Assembly: GCA_012295275.1 (NCBI GenBank)
Contig: CM022671.1
Span: 21,266,001-21,330,000, forward strand
Reading direction: 5' to 3'
Length of the DNA stretch: 64,000 bases
Origin: Chrysomallon squamiferum
Lineage: Eukaryota; Animalia; Mollusca
Under the pieces are notes generated by a model, which saw only the letters and a program-made list of their open reading frames with translations, made no database searches and had not been told where the DNA came from. A program made the translations under genes and the position numbers. Positions 50,901 to 64,000 of this stretch are shown piece after piece (positions within the stretch are counted from its first letter, which is position 1; each line of letters starts with the position of its first letter).

Positions 50901-51126
50901 CTGTGCCCATAGTAACAAAAGAAATAATTATATCATTTTCACAGTTGTACCGATATTCGCATCATATAATAATAAAATAATCGTTACAGGCAAGAAATCC
51001 GAAATGTATATCTTACTATCTGGCACACATTAACAATAAAATATTAATCAAAGTCGTAATTCCTGATACACACATGATGTAATAAATATTTCTTCTTTTT
51101 CTTTCTTGCTTTTATTATTATTATTA

Positions 51127-51185
<59 letters not shown>

Positions 51186-51297
51186 TTATTATTATTTATT
51201 TTATTTATTTATTTATTTATTTATTGTTGTTTTATTGTTTTTTTGTTTTTTGTTTACGTTTTCCATAACAGTAGAGTTCAGACGATAACAGCAGATA

Positions 51298-51328
<31 letters not shown>

Positions 51329-51329
51329 T

Positions 51330-51401
<72 letters not shown>

Positions 51402-52492
51402 TGTAGATCGATAGATAGACAGACAGATTGATATATTCAGATATACTCGTCACCTATATTTCATATAATTATTAGAAAGCTTGAAGTATACTAGCGAAAA
51501 CAGAAACAAAGCTTTGATCATAGTAATCAGACTTTTTTCTTAATCAGTTCTTTATTTTTACAAAGGTGATCGTGTCTATAGTTTTCAAGCGTCAACGGTC
51601 ACGTTGATAAGCTGAAATAAAAAAGATGTATTGGTTATTCCGTTTATGTGTTTCAGTTGTCTTGTCTTTTTTTTGTGTGTGTGTGTTATTGATAAGTTAT
51701 AAGAAATGTGATATTTGTCATACTCTATTCTGACTGTAGATCATTTTAATATCAGAAGTTGTTATTTTCGTTGAAGATGTTATTAATAACAAAACGAAGA
51801 AGAAGAAAAAAGAAGATGATGACGATGAAGATGAAGATGATGATAATGATGATGATGATGATGAAGAAAAACAAGAAGAAGAGAAAGAAAAATAACAACA
51901 ACGTTAAAGATTATTGTAATTACATGAACATTAATTAGCAGTTAATCTTGCCTGTCGTGAGAATAATAATTTTAAAAATCATTTCAAAATTTTAAAAATG
52001 TTTCATTGATTCGCACCTCTCTGTTTTTTCTTCATCACATTCAAAATCGAACTGTTGAAGATATTTGTCAAAACTAGATAATGATAGTGTATTGTAACGA
52101 AGTTAATTTTTAGTTGTTTTTATTTCTTTATTTAATTAATACTCTTTGAACGGGAGAATTCTTATAGATTTTTAAATTATTTATTATTATTACTACTGCT
52201 GCTGCTACTATTACTACTACTGCTACTATTATTACTACTATTACTATTATCATTATAATCGTCGTCATCATCATCATCATCATCATTATTATTATTATAA
52301 ATATTATTATTATTATTATTAATATTATTATTGTTGTTGTTGTTGTTGTTGTTTTTATTATTACTATTACTATTATTATTATAACAAATTATTTATTTTA
52401 AATTAAAAATATATATTTACTGATATAGCTATTTAATTGTCAGATATCACAACTGTCACATATTTTAAAACTGTACATTTGTCTTACCTCAT
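47923..52492 (-). CDS. Rhodopsin-class orphan GPCR, GPCR3, with a +1 frameshift in TM7 (assembly error or young pseudogene)
   Basis: The main exon is 49261-47923. A probable first exon ends ATGAG|GTAAGA at 52492-52488, giving MRKTIGIWMHVFTAAILFAQTEG (signal peptide). The 7TM core is nearly identical to GPCR2. An extra base at 48136-48138 turns NFFLYTAFND into NFFPVHSF; removing it restores NFFLYTAFNDIFRDRILQWVTC...RVTK* ending at 47923. Confidence 0.85.
49321..49901. repeat. Minisatellite, about 17 copies of 34-35 bp, in the GPCR3 intron
   Basis: Unit AAATGCATGCATACATACGTCATATAATGAATTT(T), head to tail with no spacers. Confidence 0.95.
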
Positions 52493-52950
52493 TTCGAACT
52501 CTCCGGAAGTTGCCTGCTGAACTTGAGCTACGAAATCTGAACTGGTTCTTGTCATTGTCGAAGTCTTCCTTATGAATGCGACGTCACAACCTCGTTTTGA
52601 ACTGTCATATCGCTCAGAAATAATTACATATTTTATCTGTATGAAAAAGAATCATGCGTCGAATATAAATTGAATGTGAAAGATCTTTGAACGATATTAA
52701 TCTGGTACAAAGATTTTTTTTTTCCATTTTACATTAAGAATAGCTATTTGTAATTAACTTTCTTGCCATACTATTTGTCTCTGTGGATATCTGTCCGTCT
52801 GTCTAGCTATCTAACTATCTATCTATCATATATAAATATATATATATAACTTTTTGTATCTATCTGTATTTATATATCTATCTGTTTGTTTCTGTTTACT
52901 ATTTGAGTGTCAATTGTTTTTTTTTTTTTTTTATTTGTATATATATATAT

Positions 52951-52985
<35 letters not shown>

Positions 52986-55526
52986 TTTTAAATGTTATTA
53001 TAAGATCTTTATATCCTTGCTTCCTCTGATTTCGCTGGATTCTCTTCTTTCAGAGTGTTAGAAAATATCCTCAAATATATATATATGTATATATATATAT
53101 TTTTTCCCAAACCCTTGTTTATTCAGATGATGCTGTTGTTACGTAAAAATCAACAGGAATAACCAGAAATTATCGGAAATGGAATTACTAATGAGATATC
53201 ACGCCATTCCAGACGCCAAAATCCGGGGCAAAAGGTAAGACGGAACCAAAAGCAAATGAAACTAATTTCACTAGAAATTATCTGGTTAACTGCATGTATC
53301 CAGCCTTCGCTCTGCAGGTCCTACTTAAATTACATAACGACAAAAATATTAACAATCTAGCAAAATAAAGCCAAGCCAATTAGTAGTCTTGGTTTGCTTT
53401 TTTGTATGATGTTGCTCAAGCTCTGTTTCTTTATGAGCTGAACTATTATTTCAATTAAACAAATCAGATCCCCGATTAACTGTATAAGAAGAGAGAAAAA
53501 AAAACAGTGCGAAAATTCTTAATGATAAATTTTTGAGTAAGCGTTCTTAAGTCTATGTGGAATTTCTAGCTCTCGTTCACAAAAAAAAATAACCTTTCAA
53601 AAAACAAAACAAATGTGTAACGACTGTTACAAACATATCCAGTGTAATTCAAGATGCTTTTAAATTCAACATTTCGAAATAATTTTTACATACTATGGTT
53701 TGATGTCGTTTTTGGAGCAAATTGTTTTTGTTTTGTTGTTTATTAATTATAGATAATTAGATATATGCGTAGATAGAACTATATTTATTCTGAAATACAT
53801 ACATGCATACATTCATGCATGCATGCATATATATATATATATATATACATACCAACATATACGCACAATTGCATACATATGGTCTTCATTGGAGAAAAAC
53901 TAAATGATTGTATTATTTCAGACAGATACATATATAGATAAGTATGTATCTGCGTTGATAGAAATATATTCACACATGCAAACATTCATATATATATATA
54001 TACTTACATACACAAAGATACCAAGATATATAGATACATACATATGCATATATTAAAGAGACAAGACAGTCTCTCATTTTGACAAGATGACTTTGTGTAA
54101 ACTCTAAAAAGGCTTTACTAGTTGCTGTTTGTTTTGGGGGTGTTTTTCCTTGTCTTCTTCTTCTTTCTACTTCTGCGTCTTCTTCTTCTTCTTCTTCTTC
54201 TTTTAATCCATCATATGGATATTATTGTTAGTAGTATTAGGGTTTCGTTCACTTTAGGATGTTATTTATTGCTTAAGTTTGCAGTTGTTATTATTGGTAA
54301 AAGCAAATGTTGCTGTCGTTGAAGCTGCTACACGTAAGACATTCATCGGCATTCCACTCAGTAACACAATAGAAACAAACAACTTATTTTTCCGACAACA
54401 ATACAGTTTATTTTCCAATAATATTTACAAATAACAAACAGATTCGATTTAAAAACAGAGCGACTTCAAAACGTGTCAGAGATTAAAGACATTAAGCGTT
54501 TGAGATTAGAAACAGATCGTTTTAAAGCAACCTTAGCATATAATGACAAATTACATATATTCACTTGCACATTTTACTACAACAGTAATATTACATTAAT
54601 CTGGCAATATGTACAGTTTTTAGCATGGTAAAATTATATGCTGTATACACGTGTTCCTAGTATTATTATTATCATTTGTAATATATACAATTTTTAAAAC
54701 ATGATTAAAATATATGTGAAAAGACTTTATAAACTAAATAAGTATTATAATAAATAAATAAATAAATAAATAAATAAGTAAATAAATAAATTCTAGAAAT
54801 ACTGTGAACAATAAAAAATACAAAGTTTTTTATTATTAACAAATAAGTAAATATGTTGTAAATTAATTAAATAATATTATACTAAATAAATAAATATTCA
54901 ATACATAATAAAAGTAGTATTAATCAGATAATTAAAAAGACAATTAAAAACTACACACGAAAGTAATAACATACAAAAAGTTCTACAAAATATAAAAAAT
55001 AAAAAAGTAAAAATGTTAATATTAAAAATGAAACAATGAAACAATAACTAATCAATACATATATAGCAATACGCAATTTTATCAAATTAAATTGGTACAT
55101 ACAGGTATAGTTTTTCAAACAGAAGGTTAAACAAATTATTTCGAAATTATTTATATTAATTAATCGCGGAATTTGCCAAGCGTCTGCTTTTTAATAGACT
55201 ATATACATTTTTTTTCCTTTTTTCTTCTTACCGTTTTCAGTGTTTTGATTTAATTAGTTCTTGTTATATTCATAACAGTTACAGAGGTGGTAATACTGGT
55301 GAGATTATACTAGTAATAGCAGCTGAAATATTAGTTATGTTTTTGTTGTTTTCACTGGGTTTCCTTTTTACAATTTTTTTTTTAGTTGTTTTTTTTTGTT
55401 GTTTTTTTCTGTTGTTTCACTGTTAAGTGTTAACTGACACTGTTGCAGAGTACTTATTTAATTTTGTGTTTTTCGTTGTTTTTTATATTTATTTTTATTA
55501 TTATATTTTATTATTATTATTATTAC

Positions 55527-55601
<75 letters not shown>

Positions 55602-56357
55602 TCTATTTTATTTTATTGTTGTTGTTTATTGATTTATTTGATTTCATGGTTTGTATACATTGTTGCTGTAAATTTCAGCTTTTAAAAATGTTTTATAAGT
55701 ATTTTTTTACTAGAAATTTACCTTTATGGCTACTTGTCTCCGTGTCTTTATTTTAGATGTTTTATCTATAAATATCATTTCAGTTTTAATCGAAGATGGA
55801 GGTGACATAATGTAGCAATAGTACTGGTAGTACTTATAATTGTAGTGGTAGTAGTAGTAGTTGTAGTTGTAGCTGTAGTAGTAGTCGTACTAGTAGTAGT
55901 AGAAGCAGTAGAAGTAAAGTAAGTTGTTCGCAAAAGTCCCTTTCTCTTTCTTAATGTTTTTAATGAAAAAAGTTTTAAATCCAACAATACCACATAATTA
56001 CAAAAACATTATTGATCTAAAACGAAATCGATTGTTGTTTGTGAGCAGTTCAAAACGAAGCAAAAAAAAAATTATATGTGTATTATAATGAAAATATATA
56101 CCGACGCTCTGAATTAACCCATATTATTAAGTTGTTGAAGGGACGTTTTTAAATATACACACAAGTAATTACCTAGCAAGCAGAAAGTTTATTAATTTTC
56201 CAATATTACAGAGACGATAGCGGAACAAATCTTAAGATTACCTTTTCAAAACTTTCGCAACAAACATATATTTAGAAAAAAAGAAAATGAAAACAAATTC
56301 TAAACGACAATGGAATTTTTAATGTTACGTTCATATTTAATTAATACGGTAAATTAA

Positions 56358-56388
<31 letters not shown>

Positions 56389-56546
56389 AAAATTCTGCTT
56401 TCGGTCAAATTGTTTTGATTTGAAATTTTTGCTAAACTTAGCTAGGATTTTGTGATCAAATTTTCTTTCTGCTCATAATATTATCTTTAATTATTACTTG
56501 TTTATTTAAAACCAACAAATTACTTGACTTATCTCAAACACAAACG

Positions 56547-56597
<51 letters not shown>

Positions 56598-57248
56598 TTT
56601 CCCCAAGTCTTATTAAAAATTTCAGTAGGTATTGATATGGCTTTTTAAAAACTTGCAGATCAATAGAAATCTGTATTGCTCTTTTTATTTTTTTTTTTTT
56701 TTTTTTTTTTTTTTTGTCACCATCAACTTTTAATACTTTATCAAAATTGTATGATCAAATTTGATGCCCACTGTCTTCAGTTCGATAAACATAAATATAC
56801 TTCTACATCAAATGATACAAATAGTTTTATACATGAAATTAAAAAAAAAAAAAAAAAAATAATAAATGTGTTTTACTCTAGAATGGTCCATTCTGAATCA
56901 CTAAATCAATTTGTTTCATTATTTTAATTATAGATTATGATCCAACAAAATATTACGGACATCATATCTAAAACCTATCTGTTAGTGATGCACTGAAGAC
57001 CAGCCATTTTTTTTTTGAATTAGACATTCCAAGTGCGTTTATTTTCTTGTCACCATAGCGACCATCAAATTAACGTCTAGTTTATGCGTGCAGATTTCAA
57101 ATACTTCCCTCTGTGGAATGGTACCATTTCTGTCATTTCGTATTTCAATCACGACGTCTGTCTCAGTTCAACACACATCTGAATTAAATTAAAGTCACCA
57201 GTTGAACTAACTCCCCATTTCTGGAGACAAATGTCAAAAAAAAAAAAA

Positions 57249-58310
57249 TCAGGTCCTTTTTCCGTATTTCTCTGACATCAGAACATTTCCGTTTTCGCCT
57301 TCCGGTTCAACTCTCTGCTTCGTAAACAGATTTTTGCTTGGTGCCTTTGGCTTGGATGCACCGCTCCGTTTGTCCTGTAATGGAAAGAATTAAAATTTTA
57401 AAATGGTTTGGCAATTAAATATAAATATACAACATTACTGATAAATGCAACCTCTTACAAACACAGACGTCCATACATACATAGATACATATATGTATAT
57501 CAAAGATATAGACACACACACACAGGGACACAAACACACACAGACGCATACACTCACTAACAACACTTATATATATTTCTTTAAAATTGTGTTACTTCGT
57601 AATAATCATGGTTGTGACAAAAAAAAAAACAATAGTGACTCATATATCTTAATGTTAAAGGTTCAGCAATGCTATGAAATGCTTTAAAATATGCCTTTGG
57701 TTGTAAGAACAAACAATTAAGCAGTACGGACACAGCACTAACATAGACTATCAAGGATTTTCTGACCGTCCTTTCTACGAAATGACGTCACAATAGCATA
57801 AACAATATGACGTATTTTTTACGTCATAATTAATTATTAACAAAGATTGACCTTAATAAATATGAAAATAAGGTAACTTAGAAGCCAGCTCTAGACTGCC
57901 TGTAAATATCTTCGTAGACTGTCTGTAAATATCTTCGTAGGTATTTTAAGATCTGATAATACTTACTGCTATGCGTATCGTTGCTGCGACTGTTTTGACC
58001 GCGTCTGGCTTGGCCGCTTTGCCTGTGGAATTGATGTACTGCATGGCTCTGCGAGACTGGTCCATCGCCTGCTCCGTCTTCTGAAAGTTCCTCTGAATGC
58101 TCACTCCGAAAATGTCCTCATGGAAACGATTAGCATCCTGCGTTTTAAAACAGTCAGTGATAACTACGTTTGTGATCGGGTATTGTTGTACAGATGTTCA
58201 AGTATGAATATTTGGAAATGAACATTATTTAATTTTATGTGTGTATATATATATATATATATTTTATTATTATTATTATTGTTATAATTTTTTTTTTATT
58301 AATTTCTAAA

Positions 58311-58347
<37 letters not shown>

Positions 58348-59543
58348 ATTAAAATCATATATATATATATATATATTTTGATTATTTTATTATTATTATT
58401 ATTTTTTTTTTTTTTTTTTTTATCTTCAGTGATGTTGTTACTGTGCTATTTATTACTGGATTGTTGTTTTTTGTGTGTTTTCGTTTTCTTCTTTCTTTCT
58501 TTCTTTCTTTCTTGGATTACTTTGAGCCGTTTGTTACTTATTTCTGTTTACTGCCTGATGATTTAAATGATAAGAAAAATAATGAAAATGATGTTGTTTA
58601 TTATTTTTATTCTTCTTGTTACTATACTTTGTTTCTTGCGTTTCCTATTGTTTAGTTCCATTATTATTATTACTGTTACTTACTTTTATACATATACAAC
58701 TTTTTCTTCTTCATCTTATTATGAAAACAAGGTACAGGGAGTTTCGCTGCTTGATAATATTTTTTAAAAAGTAGATAATATAATAACATACTCTAAGTTT
58801 TAAGATGAATTTCTTTGCACCGTCGGCCGACATGTTGCCTTCTTTCTGAAGAATCTTCTCCAACGTCGTGGTTACATCCGAAGCCATAGCGACGTCACCG
58901 CAGACGTAAAAATGACCTCCGTTTTTCACAATGATGTTGAATACGTCACTGGCATTTCGTAGAAGCATATCTTGTACATAAACCTGTTAAAATAAACAGC
59001 GGAATAAATATAGTTATTTACAGATATACAAAATAGATGAGCTTGTACATACACATAAAAAATAAGAGCTTATAGTTATATACAAACACATTAAAATAAA
59101 TAGCGCAAATAAACAAATAGTTACATACAATATAAAAAGATATACAAATAAAAGAGCTTGTACATAAACACGTTAAAATAAATAGCGCATAAATATAGTT
59201 ACATACAGATACAAACAAATAAAAGAGACTGGAAACATGCAGATACAAATAAAAGAGACTGGAAATAAACACATTAAAATGAATAGTGCACAGATATTTT
59301 TATATACAAACATACAAAAAATATATCAAATCTGTGTATAAAAATAATGTAAGATAACAAATTTACATCTAATATAGTGTAATCTATGCACATCCACACA
59401 ATACAACAGAAACTGAAAAAAATATAAAATAAAAACAGCAATAGAGATTTCTAATGATCTACCAGTTATTAATAGTTCATCCAATACCTATTAATTTTGT
59501 TACTAAGGCTCTGGGAAATATTATTACAATTATTACATTATTA

Positions 59544-59631
<88 letters not shown>

Positions 59632-60920
59632 AAACAGAGATATACAGTCAAAGAAAACACAAATAAATACACAAATCTGCAGAAAACCAAAGTACAGATA
59701 GGACAAACTATCGATTTCACAGTAAAAAAAAAAAAAACTAAAAAACATTTCTAACACGGTGATTATTAATGAAATGATGTATGAGATTTTGTTTTCAGAT
59801 TTTATTAGAAACAGTGTGTTTGAAAGTAACACACACACAAATAGACTATATTTCAATATTTCTTTAGCAAATGTTCATAAGAAATATGAGTTTTAATTAT
59901 ACACTGTGAAAATCCATTAGTGTAGATTATAAATACAAAGTGATATTATTTTGATAATTTATTTCTTAGAATAGCTGAGCTAAATATTGTACCTGTATTT
60001 GTATGATAACGTACTTATGAGTCTGTGTTTGATTGTCTGTAGGTAAAAATGTTTGCATTTGTATAAGTGTGCTTTTTTTTCTGGATGTATGCTTAAACGT
60101 TCTAATGGACAGAAAAATTTAAAAATAAAATAATCGATGGATCTATAGTAATGATTACATTGCAATGATGACATAGAAGTGATTAGGTTTATTTGAATGA
60201 ATGTATGAACGTAACAGATCGATTTCTAAATAATAATCTCTGCACATTTAGTTTTAATGGATGTTGAGTGTAAATTTTTAATTATTAGCAGAGCTTCATA
60301 AATCCTTTTATACTGGTAATTATGAAGAGTGTGTAAGACCTGCATACCCTTTGACTAAGACTCTGTCGTTGAACTTAATCTTTGATGATAACAAACAAAA
60401 ACAAAAAAAATTCTTCATTTTGTATATTTGTAAGAGATGGTTTTAACAATTTCCACAAATAACAGAGTATATAATCATGATTTAGGTTCACAAAGATTCC
60501 TGGCGTAATACATATTTTCCATTGTCTACTGATGTTAGCGAGTGTACTCGGGAATGGAAAATAATTCTCTGCAGACTGAGCATATAATGGTAATTTTATA
60601 ACGATTTACTCAGTCTATCAATTTTTTATGTTTTCATTTTGTGGTTTTTGTTGTTTTTTTTGTTGTTGTTGTTTTAAATGAGCTATTTCTATAAATAACT
60701 ATAGGCTGGGTTATAAAAATAATAATAATAATAAAATAAAATTTTAAATACAGTTATGTTAATGAAAAATGGGCGGACCTAGTCGATAAAAAATTCCCCA
60801 GTCTCGGTCCATTTAATACAACAGGGGTGGTCAAACCGTGGCACGTGCGATTCCTTGATACGTAATATCCGGTTCTTGGAAATACAGAGGCAGAACTCAG
60901 TTTTTTTTTCCTTTTATTAT

Positions 60921-60955
<35 letters not shown>

Positions 60956-63157
60956 ATGACTAATAATATAAAAGTAAAACAGACATTTTTGCAGCTCTCG
61001 TACATATAACCACATTACATGCATTTCCTGCATTAAGCAAAAATCTGGTCACCCCGTTATAACATCAGTTCTTCTACATGCATTTACTCTCGTACGGCCA
61101 TCGCATTGCCCGTGTTTGTTATTACAAATTAACTGTTCAGGTCTTTAGTCCAGTAATTACATTTCTTATTTGTTTTTACTTACAGTACATACAAACATCT
61201 TACCTTCGGCATTCCTTGCTGTCTTGAGAAGGCCACGTAGTAGTCTGTCAGAACTCCCTCGGCTTTCATCTGCTGCAATTCTTTCTCGAAGATGAAATCT
61301 TCGGCTGGTTTGCGACATCCGTAGTAAAGCTTCAACTCACCCCAGCCTTTCCTTTCTTCGTCTGTAAAACACGTGGATTATTAACAAAACGTCTAACGAG
61401 TTTTAAACCTTCACCGGTTAAAGAATGTCTCATTACTGTGGTGATGACATCTTGTTAATTCTGTCTATTTCTTCTTCTTTTTTTAACTGATATGTGTTAA
61501 TTATATATAAATTGACACATATTAATAAAATATCTAATTATTTTTAAATTAACAGGAGTTCAGAAATATTTAATGATTCTTAAACTGATGTTTATTTCGG
61601 TGTATATCGTTTTGTTTGATGCTGAACTTTCATATCGAAGTGTTATTATGGTTGCTGTGGGTTTTCTTTTACCGATGTATACTACTAAAATACACAGTTT
61701 AATATTCTACCAAACTGTAGGATGATGAATAACTGGTAATCCTGTAATAGTTTTCAGATCTAACTTTCCACTAAAGAATTTTGTTTATAAAAATAACCTC
61801 CAACAGATAACCAACTTAGTCAGTGGCTGGAACGGGAGAAAAGTCTAATCAGGAAAATGAACCATGTGACTTATCGGCGTCAGGCCAAGGTTCTATGACC
61901 AGGGCGCCACAACACATAACATATACTATATATAATAACTGTATGATCTAAAGTTAGACTACCTAAAAGTTTTCTATTTAAATAATAATAACAATAATAA
62001 TAATAAATAAATAAATAAATAAATAAAAACAACTATTTAAAAGAAAACACCTTTCTTAATATTACAGCCATAAAATTTAATTAATTAACTTATATAATTA
62101 AAATAATAAATAAAATTCTATTAATTTCACTTTTAAAATTACATTTTTTAATTAATAACCATATAATTAATTTCTTGGTGCACATGTCTAGAGAAAAATA
62201 ACACCACATACTACATATCAATAATGGGAGCCAAATTAAATTCTAAAATACGTAATTAAAAAAAGCGTTCAGAGGTTAATGTTAACATTAACAGAGACAA
62301 CTTAATAATAACTAACATAATGAGCTTTAAAAAATTAAATCAAATTTTAAAAAATATATTAAAGATATCATTAAAACAGTAAATTGTGTAAAATCAATAA
62401 GAGCCCCCTACGGACTGATTCTTATTATGATATGACAATGATAAAGTAAAATAAAATATTACTTTTTTATTCTTCTTTTTTTTTATAAATTAGACGTTAA
62501 CAAGAATTTAGAAATATGGGGAGACGCCATAATTTATTTATAATAATAGTAATTAATATTATTATTATAATAATTATAATCTATTTAACTGTATATCTGT
62601 CTGTCCGTGTGTCCATCTATCCATCCATTAATTTATATAATCTATGCAATCTAATTAGAAACTACTTATTTACTCTCTGTCTTTCTCCCTCCTTACCTAT
62701 ACCTACCTACCTATCTATCCATCTATCTAGCTATCTAGCTAGCTATCTATTCTGCTTTTTTATTTTGCATATGTATAAAACTCGTTGAAAATTAGCTGTT
62801 ATCTGCACAGAATTAAACAGTGGAAACTCAATATATAAATTTTAAAACATTAAAATTAATCCAAAAAAAAAAAAAATGAGAATGAAAACCTACTCGAAGG
62901 AACTGAATGCATTTCCATGTCGATTTTTCTTTGCTGCCAGAAGCTTCTGAAAGGAGCTATTCCTGTCCCAGGTCCCACCAGAAGAATCGGCACAGTCATG
63001 TCCTCTGGCATTCTAAACGTTGGAGCTCTAAAATGAAGAATTAACAAGATAATTAATTCATTGACTGTATTACAAATGATACATGTAAATAATAATGGTT
63101 TAGGAAAACATAGTACATATTTGATATTGTTGTGGAAACTAGTCGTAGTAATATTAT

Positions 63158-63214
<57 letters not shown>

Positions 63215-63645
63215 TAGTTATAGTAGTAATAATAACTATAGTAATAGTAACAGTAGTAATAATAGTTGTTGTTCTGATATAATTTTGTTTTTATAGTAGT
63301 GGTATCAGCAGCAGCAGTAATAGGTAGTGGTAGTAGTAGTAGTATCAGTAGTAGTACTAGCAGCAGTATTTTATTATAGTAATGGTTACTAGTGGTAATA
63401 GTTTAGTACGGGATAGCATAAACAGTTATAATTTTAGTTGTAATAGTGGTAATAATGAAGCTGTTTTTCAGATGATGTATGTAAAGCTGTGTATTGATCC
63501 TGCACAGACAGAGAATCCAGCAAGATGTACAAATAGTTCAATACGAATGTTACGTACGCTCTCACAGTACATGGAACCATTTCTCCAATCTCACAGCGAT
63601 TGAGCCAGCCAGAACAAACCCCTTCGTGTATAGGACCAGCACCGT
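57249..63645 (-). CDS. NOS: Nitric oxide synthase, paralogue NOS-B: last six coding exons (gene continues beyond the window)
   Basis: Exons 63645-63558 ([15 protein letters not shown]), 63027-62894 ([19 protein letters not shown]), 61361-61204 (YYGCR...[10 protein letters not shown]), 58983-58792 (VYVQD...[11 protein letters not shown]), 58137-57967 ([11 protein letters not shown]...) and 57374-57249 (DKRSG...YGKRT*). All are GT-AG and in frame, with the same intron positions as NOS-A. Confidence 0.93.
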
Positions 63646-63799
63646 CTGTAGAGACAGTGTTTTAAAAAGTAAAGTAAAGTAAATAAAAAGTGAAAGTAGG
63701 GTCAACAGCGCCTGGTTCAAATGTAAGAAAAAATAATAATAAGTAAGAAAAATAATAAGTAAAAAATAAATAATAATAAAAAATAAACCAATAAATAAA

Positions 63800-63862
<63 letters not shown>

Positions 63863-64000
63863 TAATAAATAATTTTAAATAATAATAATAACAACAACAT
63901 CATCAACAACAACAAAAAACAACAACAACAGTAATAACAATAAAGAGATTATACAAAAATGTAAATAAATACGAGTAAACTGACGGTCGAATTAACAAGA

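Overview
AT-rich, microsatellite-dense animal genomic DNA with spliceosomal genes; gene content suggests a lophotrochozoan, probably a mollusc (inference). All exon coordinates were built by hand from splice sites and reading frame. Left to right: (1) the 3' end of one WD40-repeat gene and a complete 10-exon tandem paralogue (+). (2) Three rhodopsin-class orphan GPCR genes with signal peptides and Ser/Thr-rich ectodomains: 12.7-14.1 kb (+), 19.9-21.5 kb (-) and 47.9-52.5 kb (-). (3) Two tandem nitric oxide synthase genes (-): a complete 26-exon NOS-A (25.4-41.0 kb) and the 3' end of a more canonical NOS-B (57.2 kb to beyond the window). The order NOS-B > GPCR3 > NOS-A > GPCR2 looks like a duplicated NOS+GPCR unit. 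The most striking observation is NOS-A. It lacks a PDZ domain, has a shortened autoinhibitory loop, and carries substitutions in the heme-thiolate and NADPH motifs. It also has an apparent terminal exon, missed by the ORF track, that ends in a CaaX geranylgeranylation box (CTIL*), suggesting a prenylated, membrane-anchored NOS with a possible soluble alternative ending. GPCR2 and GPCR3 share a gene-conversion-like tract. Most ORFs in the track are microsatellite artefacts.
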